Shown piece by piece: positions 19,442 through 28,679 of a stretch of DNA of 32,000 nt. This DNA is from Candidatus Saccharimonadota bacterium (lineage in GTDB: Bacteria; Patescibacteriota; Gracilibacteria; BD1-5; UBA2023). Under the pieces are notes generated by a model. The model saw nothing but the letters and a program-made list of their open reading frames with translations, was not told the origin of the DNA and did no database searches. The translations under genes were made by a program, and so were the position numbers. The stretch's first letter is position 1, and each line of letters begins with the position of its first letter. The stretch spans positions 810,001-842,000 of the forward strand of contig OY970170.1 in assembly GCA_963706795.1 (NCBI GenBank). The letters are read 5' to 3'.

Positions 19442-20044
19442 TTATGCGAGATAGGTATCTATCTCGGCTTTGATTTTTTCGGTATTTGCAGGGAGATTTG
19501 TGGCATCTGCATTTACACCCTGGAGTGAGAATGTCTTGATATTCATGATCCCAACAAACTGGAGTAGTTTTGTGAGGTGTGGAGTCACGAGGTCGTAGGC
19601 ATCATATGGAGCTGAGGTATAGCTTCCTCCGCTTGCCCAAATAATGGTAGCTTTTTGGATTTTAGTAACGAGTCCTTCGTAGCCGTTTGCTCCGATTTTA
19701 AAAGTTACATTTACCTTGATGATGAGATCAAAATATGCCTTGAGCACTGCAGGAACTCCAAAATTCCACATAGGAGTTGAGATAACAATCTCATCTGCCG
19801 AAACGAGTTGATCAATGAATTTTTGTTGTGCATCAGCAATCTTTTTGTCTGTATCCGTGAGTGATTCGTAGGTTGCAAATCCGTAGTTATAAGCAATCAT
19901 CTGTTCGCTCATATAGGGGACAAAGGAAGTTGTAAGATCTAATTCCTCAACTTCGCCTTGGAGTTTTGAAGTGAAGTACTTACCAATTTCGAGAGACTTT
20001 GATCGACTTCCACGTGGCGATGCGATTATGTGAAGTGTTTTCAT
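19442..20044 (-). CDS. azoR: FMN-dependent NADH-azoreductase / flavodoxin-like quinone reductase
   Basis: ATG at 20044 (MKTLHIIASPRGSRSKS...) lies within track ORF 19442-20101. Motifs are ADEIVISTPMWNFGVPAVLKAYFDLI, TFKIGANGYEGLV and KATIIWASGGSY. No in-frame TGA. Confidence 0.75.
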   Translation of the reverse strand: MKTLHIIASPRGSRSKSLEIGKYFTSKLQGEVEELDLTTSFVPYMSEQMIAYNYGFATYESLTDTDKKIADAQQKFIDQLVSADEIVISTPMWNFGVPAVLKAYFDLIIKVNVTFKIGANGYEGLVTKIQKATIIWASGGSYTSAPYDAYDLVTPHLTKLLQFVGIMNIKTFSLQGVNADATNLPANTEKIKAEIDTYLA

Positions 20045-20131
20045 AGTTATTGTTTTAAAATTAAAGTGAGTATACTTTAGCAAGTAATTTAGTATATTCA
20101 AATCTCAAGCAGTTACTAAAAAACAACCAAT

Positions 20132-20446
20132 ATGTCCGAAACAAACAAACCCTGCGCCGTCCTTAACATTTTCGTCCTTCTTTCAAAGCGATGGACGTTT
20201 CTTATTATCAAAAGCCTCTCCGAATGAGCGGATACGTTCTCAGATATTAGCCGTTCACGTCCAGGAATCAGTTCTCGAATTCTCTCTGAGCGCCTCAAAG
20301 AACTCGAAGTCGAAGGCTTCATAAGTCGCGATGTCATCTCACTTCAGCCCATTAAAATTCGCTACAGTTTGACCGAAAAATGACATTCCTTTGGGACGTG
20401 CATGGAGTCGCTCGCTACTTGGCAGAAGCAATGGTGAACAAAATAA
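20132..20446 (+). CDS. HxlR-family winged-helix transcriptional regulator
   Basis: ATG 20132 to TAA 20444-20446 with three in-frame TGAs. The sequence CAVLNIFVLLSKRWTFLIIKSLSE-G-ADTFSDISRSRPGISSRILSERLKELEVEGFISRDV...IRYSLTEK-G- fits the HxlR pattern, with TGA 20381-20383 on the conserved LTEKG glycine. It is divergent from the azoR-pirin pair. Confidence 0.85.
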
Positions 20447-20475
20447 AAATACCCCGCTCGAGCGGGGTATTTTTA
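20447..20475. terminator. Bidirectional palindromic terminator hairpin
   Basis: AAAATACCCCGCTCGAGCGGGGTATTTTTA is a perfect palindrome centred on CTCGAG and flanked by A/T runs. It lies between the HxlR stop and the stop (20473-20475) of the convergent 623-aa gene. Confidence 0.75.
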
Positions 20476-22344
20476 TGCAGTAATTTCATCAGCAGTTTTA
20501 GCGAGTGTATTTCCGTGTTTTTCGTAGAGTGCGTGGTAGTTTTCGACAAACGCGCGATTTGTCTCGTCTTTTGGGAGGAAATATTTCCCATGCTTCACCA
20601 CATGTTCTCCGAGGAAAACCGAAGCATCTTCTTTTGCGAGGTATCGATCAACGAGGTCTTCATAGCGCTCAATATAGAGATCTCATAGTTTCTTAAAGGT
20701 CTCTTCGTTGTAATTGAGTACGATCTGGCCTTGTTCATTAAAGCTGATCATTCCAGAATCACGCAAGAGTTCAAGATGGATGAGTCATTCGACGTAGTAG
20801 GGCACAGCTGCGTCGACCTTCATCCAGTCAATTGTTCGGATAATGCGACTCACATGAATCACGATCAGTTCGCGTTGTATCTTTGGATCTGGATTTAAGA
20901 AAAATGCAACGAATCCCCCAGCAGTTGCTTTCCATTCTTCTACATTTTGGAAATTACCACTTTTGTTCATAGTGATTTCCGTGTCGTTATCGAGCCAGAG
21001 AGTGTGACCAAACTCATGTCCGTGAGTCATGACATCATTGATTTCGTAGAACGCAGTCGGATCCTCTGCATGGAGAATTGCTTCTCGCTCTTGCAGGAGG
21101 GAAGCCTCTGTGACTAATTGCTTTGCGAGCGTGAGCCGTCCAGCCTTATACATCTCATGCACATGTTTCAAGAATGAAAATATCTTGATCCCATGAGACT
21201 TCTTTACAACCGTATCATTTGGTACCACCTGTGCAGCAGGAAGTCCTGTCATATCTGCTCCATAGTACGTAGCTGGTGCAGTGACATAGAGATAAGATCG
21301 AGCAAGATTTTCGATCGAAGTAATGCTCACCGGATGATCCTTCGTGAGGCCTTTTTTTGTAGCGATATTCTCAAACATAGAGACTATGTTTGCTTTTACA
21401 TGTGATGAGAAGAGCTGCTTGCTCTCGAGACGCATACTCCATTGGAGTGCTACAGCATTGCGATATATATCTTCGTATGCTTCAAGCGGATGAGACGGCT
21501 GAAAAGGCCCAGTAATTGCCATCCACTTACGATCAACTTCTGCCCATCGCTCGACGAGTTTATCGGTATCTGTTTCCGTAAAGGCATTCTGAATGGCTGT
21601 GAAGTATTCGATATACGCCACCTTTTGGTCGTAGATATCATCCTCTAAGACGAGAAGTTTGCTTATGCAGTCAGCAGTTGTTCGCTGAATTGCTCAAACT
21701 TCCTGAGGGAAAGCCTCAGAATATGCTTTTTTCTCATAGCCGCCTTCAGTTTTTACAAGTGCCGAATACGAGCGATCTGCTTGCTCGCCTCCGTGCCCCT
21801 TATCAAAGAGATTATTTGCTGTGAGGTGATCAATAACTGCTCACATATCACTCTTAAAAAGTTTATCGAGTTCAGCATTTACCCCGAGGACAATGTGGTT
21901 ATTCCATTTTTTATGAAACTCATTCATCACGAGGCCAATATTGTGTACTCCTTTAAAGAGCTCAAGATAGTAGGGCGTGAGGAGATTTTCAGATTCGATC
22001 TTGGCAATAAGCTCGGCGTGCAAATTGCTGTGGTGCTCGGCTGTAAAATTAAATGCCTTCTCAATAATCGCATTTTTAGTTTCTGTAGCTACGTCCTTAT
22101 GCTCATTAAAATGATTCTGCAGAGGATCATCCCGCAAACTCGTGAGACGTATGTAGGCAATATATCGTGTCTTGTCATTTTTCTCTAGACCAACTGCATC
22201 TAAAAAGACATTGAGGAAATCCTGCTCTGGCCCAGCTTTGTCGATGCCAACATTGAGCGCATGGAGCTGTTTTTCGCGTTCATCGATATGTTTTTGAATC
22301 TTGCCGATACTTCCTTCCATCTCGGCTGCAGTTAGTGGGCCCAT
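20473..22344 (-). CDS. Hypothetical 623-aa protein with an HEXXH zinc-metallopeptidase-like motif
   Basis: Minus-strand ATG at 22344. Track ORFs 21841-22344 and 20785-21621 share a frame and are joined with flanking segments by TGAs at 21841, 21694, 20785 and 20683, ending at TAA 20473-20475. The motif is VMTHGHEFGHTLWLD, with Glu-Glu (NVEEWKAT) about 22 residues after the second His. Family assignment (M3-like?) is uncertain. Confidence 0.6.
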
Positions 22345-22559
22345 GGGAAGCTATATAAGAATTACAAATTCGAAGAAGTATAGGCAGATCGATCGCGCAC
22401 TCAAATGAATTCACTCTTATTTTTAATAAACAGTCGACAAAGGCTAATTATACCTTAAACTTTTCACCTTCTTCGCAAGAAGACAGTCCCACATTTCATG
22501 AGCATTTCCTTGGATTTTTTTGAGGTCTGCTCTGATTACTTTTCTAAACTTGATAGCCT

Positions 22560-25346
22560 ATGCGAATTTCTTCCATTGCATCCATCCTCCTATCATTCCT
22601 CCTTCCATTTTCTACATTTGCTGTCGGCATTCAGGGGTCTTCGACCGCCTCAGGTGACTGGGGAAGCGGATTTTGCCAAAAAATCTCACTCGCCAATACC
22701 GAAAGCACTTCTCAAAGTTGGTCTGAGATTCGTTTTACGCTCAAAAATGCCAAGATTACAAACTCTTGGAATGGAGTATTTACATCGGCCAATGATGTCT
22801 ATACCATCAAACCCGTCGCCTGGAATAATCCCATCGCTGCAGGTCAGTCGATCGATATTGGATACTGTGGAGAAGGTTCCGGCCGTCCTATAGATATCGA
22901 TGTAGTTGGTGGTTCGTCTTCTACAAATCCTACAACTCCTCCAGTTATTCGTCCTGCACCAGTACATCTCGTCAAGGACGCACTTACTCTCGATGCTACC
23001 GTCAATGACTGGCAAACAGGGTACTGCCGTACAATCACACTCAAAAATACTGGTACAGCTGCACTCTCAAATTGGAAATTTGCATTCGACAGTACTGCCA
23101 CCATGAATCTCTGGTCAGGGAAAGTTACTAAAGCAGGTAATACTGTTACTGTGACTCCCGAAGCTTGGAATGGAAGTATTACCCCAAATGGAGTTGTTGA
23201 GCTCGGATTTTGTGCCGATGGTACGACATCCGACTCTAATTGGAATCTCCTCGGAAGTGACTCAGGTCCTATTATCCCAACTCCCACTCCCACAAATGGA
23301 AGCTGTGGTGCTGACAATGGGAAAGCACTGAGTAATACTCCTGTAAATCTCTGTAGCGCAGGCTCGGCGACTAATGTTTCTGGCAATGGTCCATGGGCAT
23401 GGTCATGTCTCGGACAGAATGGAGGCTCTAATGCTTCGTGTTCTGCGACAAAATCAGTGACTCCACCAAATCCAGTCAATGGATCATGTGGATCAGACAA
23501 CGGCAAGACGCTCGACACACCACCAACTGCACTCTGTATTGCAGGTACAGCATCTAATGTATCAGGAAACGGACCATGGTCATGGTCATGTAATGGTCAG
23601 AATGGTGGATCAAGTGCAACATGTGCCGCAAATAAGTCTCAGGTAACACCTCCAAATAACAGCGGAGCACTCATCTACACGATCGATGCTAACAAAAACC
23701 GCTCAGCTATTAGTCCATATATCTACGGACGCAATTTTGGAGATGGAAATACTGAAAACTTCGATGCGATGCGTCTCGGAGGAAATCGTCTCACAGGTTA
23801 CAACTGGGAAAACAATGCCTCAAATGCCGGTTCTGACTGGAATCATTCAAGTGACAGCTATCTCGGTGACAGCAATGTTCCAGGGAAGACCGTTACTGAT
23901 TTCCATGACAAAAATCGGAGTCTCGGCGTGGCATACTCACTCGTGACTATGCCAATGGCTGGCTATGTAGCTCGCGACAAGAACGGAACAGTCAACCAAA
24001 ACGAAACCGCTCCATCAAATCGATGGGATGATGTAGTGGTTGCAAAAAATAGTGCATTTTCGCTCACGCCAAATCTCACAGACGGACATGTCTACAGCGA
24101 TGAATTCATCAATTTCCTCGTAAATAAATACGGCAAAGCCAACACCGCAACCGGTATCAAAGGCTACGCACTCGACAATGAACCAGCTCTTTGGACATCC
24201 ACTCATTCACGACTTCATCCAAATAAGGTCACAGTCTCCGAGATGATTACCCGCAGTACTGCACTCTCCAAGGCAATCAAAGCCGTCGATGCTACTGCCG
24301 AAATCTTTGGTGCGGTTACCTATGGATTTGGAGAACACTACAATCTCCAAGATGCTCCGGATTGGTCAAATTACTCATCGACATACGCAACGTATATCGA
24401 TGCCTTCCTTGCAAATCTCAAATCTGCAAGCGATACTCAGGGGAAGCGTCTTCTCGACGTTCTTGATATCCACTGGTATCCAGAAGCACAGGGAACAACT
24501 CTTGCTGGTAACAAAGTCCGCATCCTCGAAAATAACTCGGATCCTGATGTGGCTCGCGCTCGAATGCAGGCACCACGATCACTCTGGGATCCAACATATC
24601 GCGAAGACAGCTGGATCGGACAGTGGTATGCAAGTACTGCGTTCCCACTCATTCCAAAGCTCAAGGCTTCGATCGATCGCTACTACCCAGGAACGAAGCT
24701 CGCCATCACCGAATTTGATTACGGAGGAAATAACCATATCTCAGGTGGTATTGCCACAGCTGATGTCCTCGGTATCTATGGGAAGTACGGAGTATATTTC
24801 TCAAGCTATTGGGGAAATGTAGATGGATATGTTTCAAGCGCCTACAAACTCTACCGCAATGTTGATGGAGCAAATACAACATTCGGAGATACTGAAATCG
24901 ACGCGACAAATCCTGATATCGAAAATACCTCTATCTACGCCTCTACTGAGGGCGCTGGTGGTAAGGCTCACGTCATTCTCATCAACAAGAAAAATACACC
25001 AGTAAACATCCATCTCAATCTTGCGAATATCACGGCAAACAAGGCTGATGTCTACGGATTTGATGCTACAAATACAGCTATTACTAAGCGAGCCTCGGTA
25101 AATGTGGGTGCAAACGGACTGGATTATACTCTTCCTGCGCTCACTGCGGTTCACCTTATTTTTGCTGGTACTTCTACAACTGTTGCACCGACAACGATTG
25201 CGCCAAAGGTTACTACGACTACCGTCCCAGTGACACAGACTACCAAGACAGTTACTCCCGCGGCAGTGATTACTCCCGCAGTAACCACTGTGAAAAAACC
25301 GGTTAAAAAGGTTATTATCAAAAAACCAAAGGTAGTGAAGCCATAA
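22560..25346 (+). CDS. Secreted glycoside hydrolase family 44 (endoglucanase/xyloglucanase-type) with two N-terminal CBM2-like modules, two Cys-rich ~61-aa repeats and a Thr/Pro/Lys-rich tail
   Basis: Intact 928-aa track ORF with signal peptide MRISSIASILLSFLLPFSTFA. CBM2-like pattern: GDWGSGFCQKISLAN...W...F.L....ITNSWNG...WNNPIAAGQSIDIGYCG, and a second copy NDWQTGYCRTITLKN.... GH44-like catalytic strings: MRLGGNRLTGYNWENNASNAGSDWNHSSD, YALDNEPALWTSTHSRLHP, LDVLDIHWYPEA, LAITEFDYGG. No in-frame TGA. Confidence 0.85.
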   Translation: MRISSIASILLSFLLPFSTFAVGIQGSSTASGDWGSGFCQKISLANTESTSQSWSEIRFTLKNAKITNSWNGVFTSANDVYTIKPVAWNNPIAAGQSIDIGYCGEGSGRPIDIDVVGGSSSTNPTTPPVIRPAPVHLVKDALTLDATVNDWQTGYCRTITLKNTGTAALSNWKFAFDSTATMNLWSGKVTKAGNTVTVTPEAWNGSITPNGVVELGFCADGTTSDSNWNLLGSDSGPIIPTPTPTNGSCGADNGKALSNTPVNLCSAGSATNVSGNGPWAWSCLGQNGGSNASCSATKSVTPPNPVNGSCGSDNGKTLDTPPTALCIAGTASNVSGNGPWSWSCNGQNGGSSATCAANKSQVTPPNNSGALIYTIDANKNRSAISPYIYGRNFGDGNTENFDAMRLGGNRLTGYNWENNASNAGSDWNHSSDSYLGDSNVPGKTVTDFHDKNRSLGVAYSLVTMPMAGYVARDKNGTVNQNETAPSNRWDDVVVAKNSAFSLTPNLTDGHVYSDEFINFLVNKYGKANTATGIKGYALDNEPALWTSTHSRLHPNKVTVSEMITRSTALSKAIKAVDATAEIFGAVTYGFGEHYNLQDAPDWSNYSSTYATYIDAFLANLKSASDTQGKRLLDVLDIHWYPEAQGTTLAGNKVRILENNSDPDVARARMQAPRSLWDPTYREDSWIGQWYASTAFPLIPKLKASIDRYYPGTKLAITEFDYGGNNHISGGIATADVLGIYGKYGVYFSSYWGNVDGYVSSAYKLYRNVDGANTTFGDTEIDATNPDIENTSIYASTEGAGGKAHVILINKKNTPVNIHLNLANITANKADVYGFDATNTAITKRASVNVGANGLDYTLPALTAVHLIFAGTSTTVAPTTIAPKVTTTTVPVTQTTKTVTPAAVITPAVTTVKKPVKKVIIKKPKVVKP

Positions 25347-25355
25347 AGGAACTAT

Positions 25356-25402
25356 AAAAAATCCCCTCCGAAACTCGCAAGAGTGAAGGAGGGGATTTTT
25401 TA
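25356..25402. terminator. Bidirectional terminator hairpin shared by GH44 and the convergent PRTase-like gene
   Basis: AAAAAATCCCCTCC (25356-25369) pairs with GGAGGGGATTTTTT (25388-25401) around an 18-nt loop that holds an inner ACTC/GAGT stem, with an A-run upstream and a T-run downstream. Confidence 0.7.
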
Positions 25403-25471
25403 TTTGGGTTCTTCTTCGTCTTGAGAATATTTTGTAGTGAATATCTTATAGAGTCGATTTCAAGTAATGGT

Positions 25472-26296
25472 TCACATGAGCTCTTTGTATCGTGCCTTTT
25501 CTTTATTTACGATAGTTTTGTGTGAGTAGGTGCCTGCTCGAGCAATGATATCGAGTTTTTGTTCGTCAGTAAGCGACGATTTGTACTTACTCAGGTCTAT
25601 GTTTGCACGACAGACGAATACAAAAATCTGACTGTAGTAACCAGTGGATTCTGCGAGTTTTCGCAGATCATCAAGCGTCTCACCACTGTGTGTATTGTCA
25701 TCAAAAATGAGTAGCCAGTTCTTCTTTTTGATCTTTTCTTTAATTTCTCCTTCGATGGTAGTGTCGCGTAATACTTCAGAAAATGGATAGTCTGTGAGTT
25801 CCGAAAAATTGTTCGCATTTTCTACGTCATAGAGTGAGTACACGATATTTCCGCTATTGATAAGCACTTGTCCATTTTTTATCACATGTGTGAAGCTTTG
25901 CTTGGCGAAGAGTCCCGTGAGCGTTCCACCATAATTCACGCCCATGATATGTAACACGTGTTCTAGAGGGTTATAACCAGCTTCTATTATTGTATTGAGC
26001 GCGTTCTGACCTGTTCGCATCATGACAAGTGGATCGTTTTCTTCCCTATAGAGACGAATGAGTTTTTTATAAGCGATACCCTTAATGATTTCTGCATCAG
26101 CTTTTTTTACTTTTGGTGCTGAACCATAGTTATCGATCAGCCGGAGAAGTGCGCGTAGTAACTCTAGTCCATCGCTCAAATCTGCACGCATGGAAGGATC
26201 TTTTCCTGCAGTGACTTCAGCGATGTCATTAGGGAGATCTCCAATGATTTTTATATAGGCTGCTGATTTTTTTCAAATGAGAATGTCCGTATACAT
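25472..26296 (-). CDS. Phosphoribosyltransferase (type I PRT)-like domain protein
   Basis: Track ORF 25472-26191 extended to the first in-frame ATG (26296); the start is uncertain, and the frame stays open up to the TAA at 26426-26428. The PRPP-loop-like signature is NWLLIFDDNTHSGETLDDL (hydrophobic x4-DD-x-x-x-SG-x-T), with an upstream IMGVNYGGTLTGLFA. Confidence 0.65.
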
Positions 26297-26425
26297 TTCT
26301 GTATAACTATCGAGTAGCGTTGTTAATCATTGATTACCTTTAAAACCAATCAGTTGTTTCTGTAGCTCTTTGAATTTTTTGAATGCTTCTGGGACTTTGT
26401 TTTTTATCTGTTGGACGTGAACATT

Positions 26426-27547
26426 TTTAAATACCAGACTTCATTTGTACTCAGGATTGAGGAATTGTTCGCTGTACATAATCTGCGAAGTATTCTGCAA
26501 AAATGCGAGCATATTTATTTTTGCATCAAGAAGTCCAAGCAAGAGTTTTTGCATGGATTTTGGTAAATTCGTCTGAACATTCTGATTGATAATCTCATTG
26601 ATATCAATCCCAAATACGGCTCTTGCATAGGTTATGGAGCTATTTTCTCTTCCAATAAACTCTATAAAATGTAAGGCTGCATCATAGATCTCACGATGAG
26701 CTCATCTTGCAATAACATTTTTTAGATTACTCGCAATGTAATACAAATGCTCCAAAACACCGATCACCTGCGGAACATATTCGGTCTGAAATGCATCTAG
26801 TTTTGGGTGACCAATAAAGTTTGCAGGAGCGTCAGCACGCTCTTTGATATGCTGCATTCTTTTAGGGGAAAGAGTCTGAATAAGCGTATCAATAAATTTT
26901 GAATCTTTGTCGATAATCTCATTCATAAGCGATCACATAACCTGCGTGCTGTGGCACTTTAAATGCTGATCAATCGAATTATAGTGCTTTAAAAAATCGG
27001 TAATGAACTCATCTGTCTCTACGTCGATAACCTTATAAGAATTGACCGACTGAGATCGATTAATTTCCGCAATACTCACGCTCGGGAAAAGAAAATAGTA
27101 TTTTTCATTTCTAAATATGAGCTTTAAAGATTTTTCTTTGCTGAGACTAGACTTTAGATAACCAAAATCATCTATAAATTCTGTCATATATTGCTGAAGG
27201 AATCCTTCATCCATGATTGATCAGCCGTTTTTTGGATCAAGGATATACATGAGCTTCTCGAGTTCTGCTAAGTCATCCTTATTAAAACTGATGGCACCAT
27301 CCACATAAAAATATTCTTTAAGCACCTCACGAATATCAGGCTCAAGAAATATTTTGTCTATCTCTGATTTCTTCTCAAGTATACGTTCCAGTCGTTCTTG
27401 GATATTTAAGTGTGAATGCGCCTGCTTGGATTGTTCATATCTTTGAATATATTTTTCCGACATAAGATCGGATGCCATAAAAATATCTTCTGCACCAAGA
27501 GGCCTTCCATCATCTGTTCCATTGATCACTACACTATAATTTTTCAT
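26426..27547 (-). CDS. Hypothetical 373-aa protein with no recognisable motif
   Basis: Minus-strand ATG at 27547. Track ORFs 27221-27547, 26933-27214 and 26702-26926 share a frame and are joined by TGAs at 27221, 26933, 26702 and 26450. It ends at TAA 26426-26428. The ATG is 1 nt after the upstream DUF2809 stop. Confidence 0.65.
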
Positions 27548-27548
27548 A

Positions 27549-27917
27549 CTATTTTTTCGTTATAGAATCCAACCCCACACATGCAACTCCACCAACTACA
27601 TACGCCACCAAATCCATCAGATCAAATGTTGAGCCAAAAATAATCATGATCCATCTGTGCTCACTGAGTCATAATATTTGAGCCACATGCATGCCCTGAG
27701 CGCATTCCAAAATAATTCCAATTATCACGCATCCCATCGCGATTTTCCAGGCTTCATATCGGATAAAAGTCCGGAAAAGACTATAGAGAAGTATGATGGC
27801 GAATACGTCTCATAAAAATGGCCTAACAATGCTATCATGTACAAAAACTGCTATACAAATTTCGAGCAGCAGGAGACTTAAAAACCCCATGAAATAACGT
27901 ATATCAAAGTGTTTCAT
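27549..27917 (-). CDS. DUF2809-like small integral membrane protein
   Basis: Not in the ORF track because two TGAs break it. Minus-strand ATG at 27917 to TAG 27549-27551. The sequence is MKHFDIRYFMGFLSLLLLEICIAVFVHDSIVRPFL-G-DVFAIILLYSLF ... LECAQG ... IFGSTFDLMDLVAYVVGG. The IVRPxxGD, E..Q and GxTFDxxDLxAY strings match my recollection of DUF2809. Confidence 0.6.
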
Positions 27918-27926
27918 GGGGTTTTT
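27880..27926. terminator. 15-bp perfect hairpin, terminator-like, that encloses the DUF2809 start codon
   Basis: AAAAACCCCATGAAA (27880-27894) pairs with TTTCATGGGGTTTTT (27912-27926) around a 17-nt loop. On the minus-strand mRNA the 5' arm contains AUG 27917-27915 and the 3' arm contains the second in-frame AUG, followed by a U-run. It lies 16 nt downstream of the HD-GYP stop. Confidence 0.6.
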
Positions 27927-27941
27927 AGATTGGTGAGAGGA

Positions 27942-28610
27942 TTATTTTTTCATGTCCAGTTCGATAATTTCTGGAAGGCACATATCGAACGCTTCTACGC
28001 ATTCTGGGCAGAACATTTTGCCACTATTGAGATGCATAAAATCCATGGTCGCATCAATATCGACGGATGGTTTATATATTCTCTTTTCTCGCAGGGCATC
28101 AAATACATCCGCAATACTTACAATCCGAGAGGCTTGCGAGATTTCCAAACCTTTTAGTCACTGTGGATAACCAGTGCCATCATATTTTTCGTGATGCGTA
28201 CGAGCGACATCAGCTGCGTATTTTATGATTGGCCATTTAGCAATGAGTGTATCACTTTCGAGAATACGGGCTCATTTTTCGGAATGCTCTTCCATGATTT
28301 TTTGCTCATCAGGATCAAGTCTTCCATTTTTGCGGAGTATCGCATCGGGAATGGCTATTTTGCCGATATCATGAAGCGCAGCAGCAATTCAAAGTGCGGC
28401 ATTTATTTCGCTACACAGTCCGAGCACCTTTCAGATTTTCATGGCGATAACACTCACGCGTGTCGCATGAGATCCAGTATCGCTATCACGATACTCCATA
28501 GTGACCATGAGTGTGTGCAATACGGCCTCGCGTAGTTTTTTAGAAGATTGACTCTCTTGCTCGAGCTTCCGAGTAAGTAGGGATCAGCGTAATTCATTCA
28601 GAGCCAGCAT
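27942..28610 (-). CDS. Stand-alone HD-GYP domain phosphodiesterase
   Basis: Minus-strand ATG at 28610. Track ORF 27942-28148 extends upstream through five TGAs (28158, 28272, 28389, 28431, 28584). Motifs are YRDSDTGSHATRVS, AAALHDIGKIAIPDAILRKNGRL, HHEKYDGTGYPQ-(TGA 28158-28160)-LKG (the HHExxDGxGYPxGL signature) and IADVFDALREKRIYK. Confidence 0.88.
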
Positions 28611-28679
28611 ATAAGAAAGGTGAGATTTGCTTCAGAAAAAGCCATTCTCATTATCTTAATGGAGAATATTAATTATTTA

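Noticed and set aside
18551-20446. The HxlR / azoR / pirin cluster as something unusual
   Set aside because: A divergent HxlR regulator next to NAD(P)H-dependent quinone/azo reductases and pirin is a common electrophile/quinone-stress arrangement in many bacteria. It is ordinary apart from the recoded TGAs.
22844-23518. 224-aa minus-strand ORF, and other long antisense or alternate-frame ORFs (3378-3845, 7020-7502, 8573-9166, 11641-12132, 17612-18097, 18848-19348, 24289-24822, 30771-31169)
   Set aside because: Each lies entirely within, and opposite to or out of frame with, a motif-supported CDS. Their translations are low-complexity or Cys/Arg-rich with no recognisable domain. They are shadow ORFs.
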